Positions 27,494-38,459 of a stretch of 64,000 bases of DNA are shown in pieces. Origin of the DNA: an uncultured Nitrososphaerota archaeon (GTDB lineage Archaea; Thermoproteota; Nitrososphaeria; Conexivisphaerales; DTJL01); NCBI GenBank assembly GCA_963842885.1, contig CAWJIE010000005.1:288001-352000 (forward strand), given 5' to 3'. A program made the translations under genes and the position numbers. A model generated the notes under the pieces. The model was not told the DNA's origin. It did not search any database and saw only the letters and a program-made list of their open reading frames with translations. How positions within the stretch are numbered: position 1 is the stretch's first letter; each line of letters begins with the position of its first letter.

Positions 27494-30400
27494 ATGATGA
27501 GATTGCCTTTCAGAAGACGCCGTGCGCAGATGATCGTGTTGGCAGCTCTCGTAATGTCCCTCATGATCCTCTCTGTGACGATTTCAATCTATCAAGCCTC
27601 CACCGATTACCAACAGCTTACGTACGATCAGACAACTGAGATCGTACAGAACCTCAACGGGGACTTCGGTCGGGCTCTGGTGAACATCTTGGCGAATCTC
27701 ACACAGAGCTACTATGTCCTAGCCGAGATGAACACCCCCAGATATCAGGCGTTCGAGCTGTACTCATCCTGGACCTTGGCGGCAGCCCGGGCCTATGAAG
27801 CGGAGGGCGTCCAGCTCAGCTTCAGCACTCCATCCAGCGGGCTGATCCAGCCCGCAGGGAACTTCTACGGTTACAGCGCGCCAAGCGAGTACGTCGGCAA
27901 CCTCACCAAGCTCTACTGGTACGGACCGCAGGACCTTTCAGCCATCTACGCGACGTACAATGTCAACGTGACCGGCCTCGGCTTCTACAATTGGCACGAG
28001 GAGGAGACCTACCTCCTCAACATGACGATGGACGCAAGTCAGGCAGACTTCATGAACCAGACGAAGACGGTCATCAACGGAGTGAGCTACCCCGTGCTCA
28101 ACGTTACGATTGACAAGGAGGGAGGCGCTCCCGTCCAGGACCTCTCAGCTTCGAACTTCTGGGTGGAGTACTTCGATGTGGGCCACAACGCCTGGTTGAA
28201 CGCGACCCTCTTGGTTCAGAACCTTGGCGGTGGAGTTTATTCTTTATACGTCGCGCAGGCCAACGGCCAGCCCATGCCTGATCCTTACTGGAAGTACCTT
28301 CTAGTGACTTGTGAAGATAATCGCGGCATCATGGTGGAGGGATATACGTACACCTATGTGGACATCACGGTCCAGGAGAACGCCCTCTCAGCCTACACCT
28401 CGGCCAAGCCCTCCGAGACATACGACCTTGAGATGCTCTCCAACGGCTCCTTGATGTGGTACAACACCATCCTTCTCCCTAGCGGGATTCAGGTCCCGAG
28501 CGGCGTGGTCGAATATGTGCCTCTGAATCTCACCAACTCGCAGGGCGGCGCGGTGGCCGGAGGCTCCCAGATATACCTGAACGTGAACTGGGCCAGCTAC
28601 GCTGCCTTCTTGGATAACCCGGTGGACAATTATGTGTTCTTCAACGCGACTGGCTACCCCCTGAACAGCTGGCTCGAGAATGGGACATCCTCCTCTTCGA
28701 CCAATTCGCGCATCTGGTTGCAGCTCGACTCCAATGGCATAGCAGCCAATAGCAACTACACCGTCTATCTGGGGTTCTATTCCAGGGGAGAGAACGTCCT
28801 GGGCGTGAACAGCGCGACCGGATGGGCTCCCACCCTCTCCAGCCCGTACGGGGTCTATGACAATGGCGCCCAAGTGTTCACTTTCTACGACAACTTCACT
28901 GGAACGTCCCTGTCGTCAGCGTGGACGAAGGTGGGAGGCGGGACCGTTGCCGTGAACAACGGGACCACGTTCACGACGACTTCGGGTAATGGGTACGTGT
29001 TCATAGCGTCGGGTGTCCTGACCGCGCCTCTCATCGCAGAGGCCTACATGACTTCGGCGGGCTCTTCGACGAATCCCATCTTGGGAGTCTCGACCTCTGC
29101 TTCGGTCTCCAGCGGCAACAAGGGGCTCTACAACGGATACTCCATCGGATGGGCGTCCCCCAACCTATCTCTTCTCTATCTGACATCAACGGGACCCACG
29201 ACCGTGCAGAGTGTGGGTGCCAGTTTCAACTCCGGGGTCTGGCAGCTCAACTGGTCGGCCACGGCGAGTCAGTTCGGGAGCGACGGCGTGAACACGCTGA
29301 AAGGGACGAACAGCGGGGTTGCCATAGCCAACTATAGGGTGTACGTAGGGCAGGCGCAGTCAGGGATTGGCAGCAACGCCGTCCAGTGGGTGAGGATGCG
29401 GTCGGAGCTTCCGGGGGGCGTCAACCCCAGTGCCCAGTTCGGCCAGGCCACTCTGCCTTCTGAGACAGTTCCGATACCCATCCCTCCGGTCAAGCAGCTC
29501 AGGGTCAACGCCACCATTTCGGGCCCCAGTGACCTTGGCGACTTGACCAGCAACACGGTGCTTAGCCAGGTGGAGGTCTGGAGTCAAAACCTTACCACTC
29601 CTTCGATGTACTTTGCTGACTGGCAGCTCAGATTCAACTCCACTGATAAGCTGGTGTTCTTCCTCAACTACAGCACGTCCAATGTGCACCAGCAGACGGC
29701 AAGGATCTACTGGCTCACCGACAGCGACGCTTCGCCTCCACAGTTTCTCATAGGGATTACTCCGAGTTCCGGCTTCGTGGATATCAACAATGCGGCGTAC
29801 ACGCTGAGACTTCTCAACAATGCCAGCGCCAGCTTGAACATTGACTATTCGATCAACATGACCTTCAAAGGGTATGACATAGAATCCGAATTCAACGCGA
29901 TCGGATGGTTACCCACACAAGGCTGGGAGCCCAATTGGCTCCCCGGGGGAGACTGGAACGACAGCACTCCCCAATCGTTCATCATCGCAGGGCCCGTTAG
30001 AGCGGTGGCGTTCAGGAGCTCTAGCAACGACACCATTTTCGGCTTCTCCGGTGGAAATCCCACCGAGAAGTTTGTTGTGCCGGGGCCCTTTAGCCACTCG
30101 GACATGCTCCTGATACCCTACGACACGAACTACGTCCAAGTCTACGAGACGTACACCTGGACACAGGCACTCACCAATTACAGTCTCGCAAACATGATTA
30201 CACTAATCGCTGGGATCTATCAGGGAGGTCAGGAAGTACATCCCTTTACGGGCGCCTTGTGGGCTTATTCGCATGCCGACGGAAGCACTCCGACCGGCAA
30301 TTCGTACCCAAACACCGGCACTGCGACATCCAACCTAGGGAGTTGGTATGCCATGTACAACGGCTCTGTGGGAGAGGCGGTAATGGGTGGTTCCAGCTTC

Positions 30401-30670
30401 ATCAGCGCGCTCAACCAGTGGGGCAAACAAGAATACTATATGTGGTATTCCGGAGACCTTCGATATGCTGCGTGGGCGTGCCAGCAGCCGCCCTGGGTCA
30501 ATAGCAACATCCTCATAGACCTCGGTACCCTGCCACAGACATTCACCTACACGGCCGCGCTCTGGACCTTCAGCGGGTACGCTTCGTCGAACCTGACGAA
30601 CCTTCCTCCCAACATCTACTACAAGATGTTCCTTCAGCCTTTCTATCCTACCATCGTGCCTTCCCCTTAG
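27494..30670 (+). CDS. Large pilin-like adhesin with DUF2341 domain
   Basis: RRRRA|QMIVLAALV signal; 'YVPLNLTN...PLNSWLE...IWLQL...YDNGAQVFTFYDNF' DUF2341-like segment; 1058 aa. Confidence 0.8.
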   Translation: MMRLPFRRRRAQMIVLAALVMSLMILSVTISIYQASTDYQQLTYDQTTEIVQNLNGDFGRALVNILANLTQSYYVLAEMNTPRYQAFELYSSWTLAAARAYEAEGVQLSFSTPSSGLIQPAGNFYGYSAPSEYVGNLTKLYWYGPQDLSAIYATYNVNVTGLGFYNWHEEETYLLNMTMDASQADFMNQTKTVINGVSYPVLNVTIDKEGGAPVQDLSASNFWVEYFDVGHNAWLNATLLVQNLGGGVYSLYVAQANGQPMPDPYWKYLLVTCEDNRGIMVEGYTYTYVDITVQENALSAYTSAKPSETYDLEMLSNGSLMWYNTILLPSGIQVPSGVVEYVPLNLTNSQGGAVAGGSQIYLNVNWASYAAFLDNPVDNYVFFNATGYPLNSWLENGTSSSSTNSRIWLQLDSNGIAANSNYTVYLGFYSRGENVLGVNSATGWAPTLSSPYGVYDNGAQVFTFYDNFTGTSLSSAWTKVGGGTVAVNNGTTFTTTSGNGYVFIASGVLTAPLIAEAYMTSAGSSTNPILGVSTSASVSSGNKGLYNGYSIGWASPNLSLLYLTSTGPTTVQSVGASFNSGVWQLNWSATASQFGSDGVNTLKGTNSGVAIANYRVYVGQAQSGIGSNAVQWVRMRSELPGGVNPSAQFGQATLPSETVPIPIPPVKQLRVNATISGPSDLGDLTSNTVLSQVEVWSQNLTTPSMYFADWQLRFNSTDKLVFFLNYSTSNVHQQTARIYWLTDSDASPPQFLIGITPSSGFVDINNAAYTLRLLNNASASLNIDYSINMTFKGYDIESEFNAIGWLPTQGWEPNWLPGGDWNDSTPQSFIIAGPVRAVAFRSSSNDTIFGFSGGNPTEKFVVPGPFSHSDMLLIPYDTNYVQVYETYTWTQALTNYSLANMITLIAGIYQGGQEVHPFTGALWAYSHADGSTPTGNSYPNTGTATSNLGSWYAMYNGSVGEAVMGGSSFISALNQWGKQEYYMWYSGDLRYAAWACQQPPWVNSNILIDLGTLPQTFTYTAALWTFSGYASSNLTNLPPNIYYKMFLQPFYPTIVPSP

Positions 30671-30844
30671 CCTCAGGTGTCAAGTCTTGGACGGGCTTCA
30701 TTGCGTTGATGGGCTCACGGAGGCTATCCCGCCGTCGCCATGCTGAATGGCTGGTATAGAGGTTGAGTGGGTCATAGGCTGCCAAGCGCAAGGATGCCCG
30801 AAAGGGGACGCGCACGGGAAAGGTTTATAATCGCTCCAATCATA

Positions 30845-33766
30845 ATGTCTTTCGTAACCTTGACGAGAAGAGTCTTGCGCCTATTACTGTTGGTGTTTCT
30901 TGTGGCTTCGTCTGCCTCACTCGGCATCTTCTCCGCTCCCGTCGCTCATGCTCAGCAGTACAACCTGAGGCTGAACCTTTCAATAGCCCCGTCGGTTGTG
31001 CCTGCTGACAATGGGACTTGCGCGATATATGTGTACCTGACCGATTCTTCAGGGGCACCTGCCGCGGCTCCCTCCTCCCTCGGGATTTCGCTGTATTCGT
31101 CGGATCAGCGCATAGGAAGCGTCCAAGCCACGGCGACGATTCCGCAAGATGGTTACTCCGTCAGTGTCGCCTTCATTTCGACCAGCACGCCTGGCGCCAC
31201 CACGGTGACAGCATTGGCTCAGGGTTTGCAAAGTGGGTCTCTTGTGGTGAACACTCAGACTCCCGTCGGGTTCCCAAGCCGACTGGTCGTGTTCGCCCTT
31301 CCTCCGTCGTTGATACCGGGAGGCGGTGAGACCGGCAAGCTGGTCGTGCAGCTCCAGGACGCCATAGGCAATCCCGCGCGTGCTCCCCTGGCGCTGTCCG
31401 TTCAGCTTTCTTCTTCTGACACGAATGTGGTGTATGTTCCATCTTCCCTGGTGATCCCGCAGGGTGACACCTACGCCACCGCTACATACACCCCCACGAC
31501 GATTCCGGGGACGGTCATAGTCAGTGCCACGGCATCTGGGTACCAGAGCGGGGCTACGAATGTCATCGTGAGCGGTCCGTCGCCGACTCGATTGGTGATG
31601 TATGTGCTCGCCACTGTCTTGCCCACCGACGGCCAGACATCAGTTCCAGTAGCGATCGCCCTTCAGGACGACAGTGGCTTTCCTGCCCTCGCGCGGAGCA
31701 ACGTCCAGGTAATACTCACCAGCTCCAACCTGGCCATCGCCTCTTTTGCGTCGACTACAGTGTCGATCCTACAGGGAACCATGTACACGATGACCACGCT
31801 CAACTGTGGCAGTGTAGGAGGCACGGTGCAATTGACGGCGCAGTCGCAGGGGTTGTATAAGTCAGTCGTCAGCACGACTGGTGTCGCGCCGATTCTCGCC
31901 GCGAACGGCAACATTTCTCTCTCCTTGGGACCAAGTGTTGTGTTGCCTGATGGTGCGAGTTACTCTGACATAGTTGTTGCCCAGCTGGGTGTGATCGGGA
32001 ACGGCACTTTCATTCCTATGAAAGTCTCAGGCACGGGCTCGGTCCAGGTTTATTTCAGTTCCAGCGACAACCTCACCGGGTCCGTCACCTCTGAAGTCAC
32101 CATTCTTCCCGGCGGCAACTATGCGTCTGCCAGCTTCACGAGCACCCTGTACGTCGGGAGAACCACTCTGACCGCCGCCGCAAATGGTTACAGCGAGGAT
32201 CAGAAGACCATGGCATCCTCTGCTCCGCCTCCAGCTAGTATTGTCGTTGGGGCTGCAACCCAGGTCCTCAGAGCCACTGGCGATTCCTACCCGGTCCTGT
32301 ACGTGCAACTTCAGGATTCGGAGGGCAACCCAGCAAAGGCCCCCCAGCCCATCCAGGTCCTTCTTTCTGTGGACAACCCTACAGCGGGTGATGTCGACAC
32401 CTTCGTGATCATACAAAAGGGCGCTTCGTACGCGGTGGCGACATTCCATTCTACCTCATCTCCTGGGTCGGTGAACATCACCGCTTCCGCCACAGGTTTC
32501 TCTCCTGCATGGTACGTCGTCCAGACCGTGGAGCCGTTTCCCTCGGTCCTCGCCGTATATGCGCCTCCAGGTCAATTCTTCAATGACGGTGGCAGCTATC
32601 AGGTGTTCGTCCAACTCCTGGACGCGCAGGGACGGCCTGCCAAACCTGAGCTCCCTGTACAGATCTTCCTCACGTCCGATAACCCGTCCGTGGCGAGCGT
32701 AGCCGAGTCGCTCACGCTGGGGTCAGGTAGTTCCTTTGCGTCAACGGCGCTCTCCTTGGGTCAGGGGACAGGCGACGCGGTCATAACCGCCATCGCGCAG
32801 GGCTTCACGGCAGGCACGGCGACGGTCGATCTTGTCACTGCGCCCGCCACCTTGAGCGTCTCCTTGGCTAGTTCGAGCGTGACAGTGGGGAACTCATATG
32901 CCGTGTCGCTCTCGCTCTACAGTGGTCCAGCGCCGGTCAGCGGAGCGACCATCACAGGGTCAGCTGTGACCGGAAGGTTCTCTTCGGCCACGGGGACAAC
33001 TGGAAACGATGGCAAGCTGGGCATGCAGTATACCCCGCTGGTTCCTGGGATTGACAATCTGACCTTTGTAGCTACCAAGGTGGGCTTTGCCACGTCCACT
33101 TCCACCATAACCGTATCGGTCAACGCCTACTACACGGTGACCGTGAGCCTCATAGATGAATCCGGAGTGGGGTTGGCTGGTGCCAATGTCAGCTTAACTA
33201 ATTCAAAGGGCGTGTCGACTTCCCAGCTGACGGACGGCTCAGGGAACGCCGTCTTCACCGGGGTAACATGGGGCCAGACATCCGTGTCCGTGCCTGCACT
33301 GATACAGGGAGGCACGACACAGTATCACTTTGCGAGCCTAGTGAATTCCACATCCACTTCGGCTAGTTTCTACCTTGCGGCGGACACGACCCTGACGGGC
33401 TCATACCAGACCTACTTCTACGTGACCGGGATATCTCCGTACGGTTCCGTGACGGGTTCGGGCTGGTACCCCAAGGGCGGCACAGCCACCTTCACCGTCA
33501 GCCCAACGTCCGTCTCGTCTGGCTTCCTCATGAGCAAGAGGTTCTCCTCCTGGACAGGTGCGGCCACTGGTACACACCCCTCCATCTCCTTCGTGGTCAA
33601 CGGGCCTGGTTCCGTCACGGCGAATTGGGGCAGTGACTTCACTCTCCTCTACATATTTGTGGCCATCATAGCCGTGGTCGTGGTGGCTGCCGTTGGCGTC
33701 TTCTGGTTCATCCGGAAGCGCAGGGCTTCGACGACCGAGCCACAGAAGGAAGAGGAATTCACCTAG
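30845..33766 (+). CDS. Ig-like repeat cell-surface protein with C-terminal membrane anchor
   Basis: Sec signal, about 6 repeats of 'VQLQD..G.PA.A...V.L.S', C-terminal TM + RKRR; promoter GAAAGGTTTATAA upstream. Confidence 0.85.
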   Translation: MSFVTLTRRVLRLLLLVFLVASSASLGIFSAPVAHAQQYNLRLNLSIAPSVVPADNGTCAIYVYLTDSSGAPAAAPSSLGISLYSSDQRIGSVQATATIPQDGYSVSVAFISTSTPGATTVTALAQGLQSGSLVVNTQTPVGFPSRLVVFALPPSLIPGGGETGKLVVQLQDAIGNPARAPLALSVQLSSSDTNVVYVPSSLVIPQGDTYATATYTPTTIPGTVIVSATASGYQSGATNVIVSGPSPTRLVMYVLATVLPTDGQTSVPVAIALQDDSGFPALARSNVQVILTSSNLAIASFASTTVSILQGTMYTMTTLNCGSVGGTVQLTAQSQGLYKSVVSTTGVAPILAANGNISLSLGPSVVLPDGASYSDIVVAQLGVIGNGTFIPMKVSGTGSVQVYFSSSDNLTGSVTSEVTILPGGNYASASFTSTLYVGRTTLTAAANGYSEDQKTMASSAPPPASIVVGAATQVLRATGDSYPVLYVQLQDSEGNPAKAPQPIQVLLSVDNPTAGDVDTFVIIQKGASYAVATFHSTSSPGSVNITASATGFSPAWYVVQTVEPFPSVLAVYAPPGQFFNDGGSYQVFVQLLDAQGRPAKPELPVQIFLTSDNPSVASVAESLTLGSGSSFASTALSLGQGTGDAVITAIAQGFTAGTATVDLVTAPATLSVSLASSSVTVGNSYAVSLSLYSGPAPVSGATITGSAVTGRFSSATGTTGNDGKLGMQYTPLVPGIDNLTFVATKVGFATSTSTITVSVNAYYTVTVSLIDESGVGLAGANVSLTNSKGVSTSQLTDGSGNAVFTGVTWGQTSVSVPALIQGGTTQYHFASLVNSTSTSASFYLAADTTLTGSYQTYFYVTGISPYGSVTGSGWYPKGGTATFTVSPTSVSSGFLMSKRFSSWTGAATGTHPSISFVVNGPGSVTANWGSDFTLLYIFVAIIAVVVVAAVGVFWFIRKRRASTTEPQKEEEFT

Positions 33767-33846
33767 GATATCCTGACGTGCCCTGGACGCAAGGCGCGCC
33801 CACCATCTTTTAATACCATGAAGGGCCGCTCTAGCGAGAAACCTGG

Positions 33847-34539
33847 ATGAAAGTGAGCGCCTTCGCCGTCGACGTCGACGGCACGCTGACGGCTGAAGAG
33901 GGAGGGGTGGACCTCGAGGCCGCTTCGGTCCTCGCTAACGTGGAGCGGCTGGGCTATCCGGTCGTGCTCGTCAGCGGGCGGAGCGGCTGGGAGCTCCTGG
34001 CCCTCTCCATCAACCTCGGCCTTTCGCGGGTCGTAGTGGGCGAGAACGGCGGCGTGACGGTCTTCAAGAGCCCCCTCAGCATCCGTCTATGGGCCGACAA
34101 CACCCAGCCCACGCTCGCCTACGAATACCTGTCGAAGAGGATCGACGGACTGGTGCTCAGGGACACCTTCCCGCGCTTCACGGAGGTGGTGCTCGAGAGG
34201 ACCATGGACGTGGGCATACTGAGGAGGGAGCTGGCGGGGAGCGGCATCGGTGTGAAGGTGCTGGACAGCGGCTACGCCTTCCACATCACCAACGTCGGCG
34301 TGGACAAGTCACTGGGGCTCTCGAAGGTCCTCCAGCAGATGAAGGTCCCTCCCGAAGAGGTGGTGGCCATAGGCGACAGCGAAACCGACGTCCCCATGTT
34401 CAACCTCGTCGGCTACAGCGTGGCCGTGGGGAACAGCGACGCCGCCGCCCGCGCGGCATCCAAGCACTTCGTCAAGGGCAAGCAGGGCGAGGGCGTCATC
34501 GAGGGAGTTGGCTTTACCTTCGAAAGGTTGGTTCGATGA
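33847..34539 (+). CDS. HAD phosphatase (archaeal phosphoglycolate phosphatase type)
   Basis: DVDGTLT, SGR, VDK..GL, IGDSETD. Confidence 0.9.
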   Translation: MKVSAFAVDVDGTLTAEEGGVDLEAASVLANVERLGYPVVLVSGRSGWELLALSINLGLSRVVVGENGGVTVFKSPLSIRLWADNTQPTLAYEYLSKRIDGLVLRDTFPRFTEVVLERTMDVGILRRELAGSGIGVKVLDSGYAFHITNVGVDKSLGLSKVLQQMKVPPEEVVAIGDSETDVPMFNLVGYSVAVGNSDAAARAASKHFVKGKQGEGVIEGVGFTFERLVR

Positions 34540-34548
34540 ATTCACCGG

Positions 34549-35825
34549 CTGATGTTGGTCCTTAAATAGAATCCAAGTCTGCTCCTTCGGCTCACCGTTG
34601 CAGGCCGTCAAATCTGTCAAACAGAGGTTCGTCCCTTCTAGAGAAGTGCTCACCCTAATGGAGACGTTCAGGAAGATGACCAACGTTTGCATCTCCATTG
34701 GGACGGAGGAAGAACGAAAAGGCGATCGGATCTTGACACTGATGAAGTTATGCAGGCTCTCATATCACTCGTTCGATAGATACGACATTGCCTCATATTA
34801 CAAGGTCTGCGCGATCTCCAGGGCAATGGGCATCCTTTCAGCACGGAAGAAGTCTATGAAGAGAGGCATCTCTACCAAGACACCCTACGCAGTCAAATCG
34901 ATCCTCTCTTCATGCTATGGATTCAAGGTGGAAGAAGGGAGGCTGAAGGTCCCGCTCGGTAGCAGGCGATTCGCTGAGATACCGTTGAACAGGCATACTC
35001 TGCAAGTGCTCTCGGAACCTGCCCTGAAGGTGCGCTCCTTCACGCTGAGTGCCAACAGCACCCTGAGTTTGTGCATCTCCAAAGAAGTGAAGGAGAGGGA
35101 GGTCACAGCGACGGCGGGAGTGGACAGGAACCTTAGGAACGTCACTTATGGAAACTGTAGAAGGGCGGTCCAGTACGACTTGAGCCAGGCCGTGAACATT
35201 GCCGAAAGGACGAGGTCCATCATATCATCGTTCAAGAGGAATGATGTCAGGATCAGGCGGAGAATAGCAATCAGGTACGGAAGGAGAAGGGCGACCAGGA
35301 TCCGGGAAATGCTCCATCGGTCAACCAAGCAAATGGTGAGGATGGCGATTGAATGCAGAGAAGCCATCATCTTGGAGGACATCAGGGGGATTAGGAAACT
35401 TTACCGGAAAGGGAACGGGCAGGGATCAAAATACAGAGGTATGATGAATTCGTGGTCTTTCTTCGAGGTGCAAAGACAGATAGAATACAAGGCCAGATGG
35501 GAGGGGATACCGACCGTACGGTTGACAGGGAACGAAACCAGAGGGACGTCGTCGCACTGTCCCAAATGCGGGGAGAGACTCCAATGGGCAGACAACGACG
35601 ATGGCCAGCATAGGAGGCAGCTCTGGTGCAGGACGTGTCAGAGGTGGTTGGATAGGGATGTAGCTGCCGTCATGAACCAATCTCTGAAGGGGTGGGTGAG
35701 GCTCGCCCATTCCAAAGGCGAAGCATGTGAAGCTATGAATGGGAACCAGACAACTCCTGTAATCCTTAGAGTGGATGCTTCGAAGTCAAGTTGTCAGCAG
35801 TCCAGCCGATGACTTGGCAGAGCCC
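34549..35825 (+). mobile_element. IS200/IS605-family solo tnpB element 1
   Basis: Left boundary motif GGCTGATG, tnpB, conserved 3' scaffold ending CAGAGCCC. Confidence 0.7.
34598..35812 (+). CDS. tnpB: RNA-guided endonuclease TnpB
   Basis: RuvC GVDRN / LEDIRGI / DRDVAA, Zn finger CPKCG..CRTC. Confidence 0.9.
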   Translation: MQAVKSVKQRFVPSREVLTLMETFRKMTNVCISIGTEEERKGDRILTLMKLCRLSYHSFDRYDIASYYKVCAISRAMGILSARKKSMKRGISTKTPYAVKSILSSCYGFKVEEGRLKVPLGSRRFAEIPLNRHTLQVLSEPALKVRSFTLSANSTLSLCISKEVKEREVTATAGVDRNLRNVTYGNCRRAVQYDLSQAVNIAERTRSIISSFKRNDVRIRRRIAIRYGRRRATRIREMLHRSTKQMVRMAIECREAIILEDIRGIRKLYRKGNGQGSKYRGMMNSWSFFEVQRQIEYKARWEGIPTVRLTGNETRGTSSHCPKCGERLQWADNDDGQHRRQLWCRTCQRWLDRDVAAVMNQSLKGWVRLAHSKGEACEAMNGNQTTPVILRVDASKSSCQQSSR

Positions 35826-35845
35826 GAAAGGTTAATCAAAGCAGG
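35687..35845 (+). ncRNA. Putative TnpB reRNA (omegaRNA) 1
   Basis: Conserved with the other two elements; CGAAGCAT..ATGCTTCG stem; terminal hairpin. Confidence 0.6.
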
Positions 35846-35876
35846 GTCGCATCGAAGATAGGGAATAGGTGAACAC

Positions 35877-37789
35877 CTGACGTTCAGAGAAGCCCAGGCC
35901 GAGGCCAGCCGCCTCATCGACGGCGCCCTGCACGAGATGGGGGTCGAGCCGATGCCATACGCATTCTCCGAACCTCCCCACCCGGACCTCGGCGAGCTAA
36001 CCTGCAACGTCGCTTTTTCGCTGGCCAAGGTCCTCGGCCTGTCGCCAAAGGACGCGGCGGCCAGGGCTGTCGAGAACATCAACTTCAGGGACTCACGGTA
36101 CGTCCTCAGCGCCCAGGCCCATCCCGCCGGCTACATCAACTTCAGGCTGAACCTCCCGGAGCTGGCGTTTGAGACCATCAACGCCGCCATAGGGGACCCG
36201 AACTTCGGCTCGCTGAAGTACGGAGCCGGCAAGAAGGTAATAGTCGAGCACACCAGCGTCAACCCGAACAAGGCCCTTCACATCGGCCACGCGAGGAACT
36301 CCGTCGTAGGCGACACCCTCGCCCGGATCTACAGGAAGGTCGGGTACAATGTCGAGGTCCTCAACTACATCGACGACACCGGCATCCAGGTGGCCGACGT
36401 CATCACCGGCATGCTCTACGGGGACCTGCCGAAGAAGGCCGCCTTCTGGAATCAAGTACGACCAGTACTGTGGAGACTACGTCTACGTCAAGGTAAACGA
36501 CCTTTACACGCTGCAGCCAGACCTCGTCGAGAAGAGGAAGGAGGTCAGCAGGGCCATAGAGGAGGGGGACAACAAGACGGCCAAGATGGCCCAGGAGGTG
36601 GTGGAGAAGGTGGTCAGGGCCCAGCTGGAGACGCTGGCGAGGATGAACATCCAGTACGACCTCCTGAACTTCGAGAGCCACATCCTCCGGACGGGTTACT
36701 GGGACGAGGCCTTCGACCTACTCAAGAAGAAGGGCGTGGTCAAGCTGGCGACGGAGGGGAAGCTCAAGGGCTGCTGGGTCCTGGAGTCGGACGAGGAGGG
36801 AGAGGAGAAGGTCCTCGTCCGCAGCGACGGCACCGCCGTCTACGCGGCGAAGGACATCCCCTACGCCGCTTGGAAGATGGGCATCCTCCCCGACCGCTTC
36901 GCCTATGTCAAGTTCCTGATACAGGCCGGGGGAAGGCAGCTCTGGGCCACCTCGCCGGAGCCCAGGAAGAAGGGGGGGAAGGGCCCCATCTTCGGTGGGA
37001 GCGACCTCTGCGTTTCGGTCATCGGCGCCAGCCAGAGCCGCGTCCAGCGGTTCGTGGCCTTCGCCCTGGAGAAGCTGGGCCTCGGCGACAGGACCTACCG
37101 TCACCTCGCATACGGAGAGGTCAGCCTCAGCAACGAGACCGCTAAGGACCTCGGCATGAAGGTCAAGGACGACAAGGAGTCCCTCAGGATGTCCGGCCGC
37201 TTCGGGATCTACGTCAACGTAGACGACGTGTTGGATTCCTTAGGTCAGAAGGCCAGAGAGCAGAGCGCCCACGGGAACCCTGGGGCCTCAGCTGAGTTGG
37301 CTGTCCTTCGTCAGCGAAAAGCTGGCCGTGGCCGCCCTTCGCTACGACATGGTCAAGCAGGACCTGGACAAGACCGTCACCTTCGACCTCAAGGAGTCGC
37401 TCAAGCTCGAAGGGGACACCGGCCCGTACGTCGTCTACAGCTACGCCCGCGCGTCCAGGCTCCTGGAGAAGATGGGATTCACCCCCGTCAAGCTCACAAG
37501 GCCGGTCGCGGCGCAGCTGAAGGGCGTCGACGAGAGGCGCCTCTTCCTGCTGATGTCTAAGTTCGACATGGAGCTGGAGAACGCGGAAAGGGCGATCGCA
37601 CCTCGCAAGATCGCCCAGTACGCCCACGACCTGGCCGTCGCATTCAACCAGTTCTACGAGACGTCGCCCGTGATCTCCGAGAAGGAAGTCGAAGTCAAGA
37701 AGGCGAGGGCCTACCTCGTCCTCGGGTACAAGATGGTCATGCTGGAGGTCCTCGCCCTCCTGGGCATCGAGCCGCTGACCGCAATATAG
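35877..37789 (+). CDS. argS: Arginine--tRNA ligase (frameshifts near 36440 and 37300)
   Basis: EHTSVNPNKALHIGH, RSDGTAVYAAKDI, MSGR.G, GDTGPYVVYSYARA. Confidence 0.95.
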
Positions 37790-37834
37790 AATCCTTTATT
37801 TCAGGGAGAAGGGCCTAGGTCTACTGTCATCCTT

Positions 37835-38458
37835 ATGGGCCTCAGAGAGATATTCATCCCACAGGATAAGATATTCTTCGAGCTTCTTGAAAGGGAGTCC
37901 CAGAACGTCCTCCAGGGCGCCCTGGCCTTGAAGGACTTCGTCAACGACTTCACCGACGTCCCCGTGAAGAGGGACAAGATCAAGGAGATAGAGCACAAGG
38001 GCGACGATATCGTCCACGAGATCTACCTCCGCCTGAACAAGAGCTTCATCACCCCCATCGACCATGAGGACATCGCCAAGCTCGCCTCCAGCTACGACGA
38101 CGTGATCGACTTCATCTACGCCACGGCCAACAGGCTCGCCCTCTACGAGGTGGGCCAGACCACGGTCGTCATGAAGCAGTTCGCCGAGATCATCCTCTCC
38201 AGCGTCCTAGAGCTGGACAGGGCCTTCGCCTCCATGCGCAAGCTCAGCAAGGACATAGACGAGCGCTGCAACGAAGTGGACAGGCTCGAGAACGTGGCCG
38301 ACGTCCTCCTCAACGAGTCCGTGGCCGACCTCTTCAAGAGCGGCGACCTCCTCCAGATAGTCAAGCTGAAGGAGATCTACGAGCACATGGAGGGGACCAC
38401 CGACAAGTGCGAAGACGTGGGATACGTCCTCCGCGACATAGTCATGAAGAACACCTGA
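37835..38458 (+). CDS. DUF47 phosphate transport regulator
   Basis: EHKGD...FITPIDHEDI, D.CED; upstream of PiT. Confidence 0.9.
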   Translation: MGLREIFIPQDKIFFELLERESQNVLQGALALKDFVNDFTDVPVKRDKIKEIEHKGDDIVHEIYLRLNKSFITPIDHEDIAKLASSYDDVIDFIYATANRLALYEVGQTTVVMKQFAEIILSSVLELDRAFASMRKLSKDIDERCNEVDRLENVADVLLNESVADLFKSGDLLQIVKLKEIYEHMEGTTDKCEDVGYVLRDIVMKNT

Positions 38459-38459
38459 G

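Noticed and set aside
18400-33766. Archaellum operon
   Set aside because: No ArlH/ArlF/ArlG or chemotaxis genes; the subunits look like pilins.
34521-35834. CGAAAGGTT on both sides of TnpB element 1 as a target-site duplication
   Set aside because: IS200/IS605 elements make no TSD, the left copy is inside the upstream CDS, and the other elements lack such repeats.
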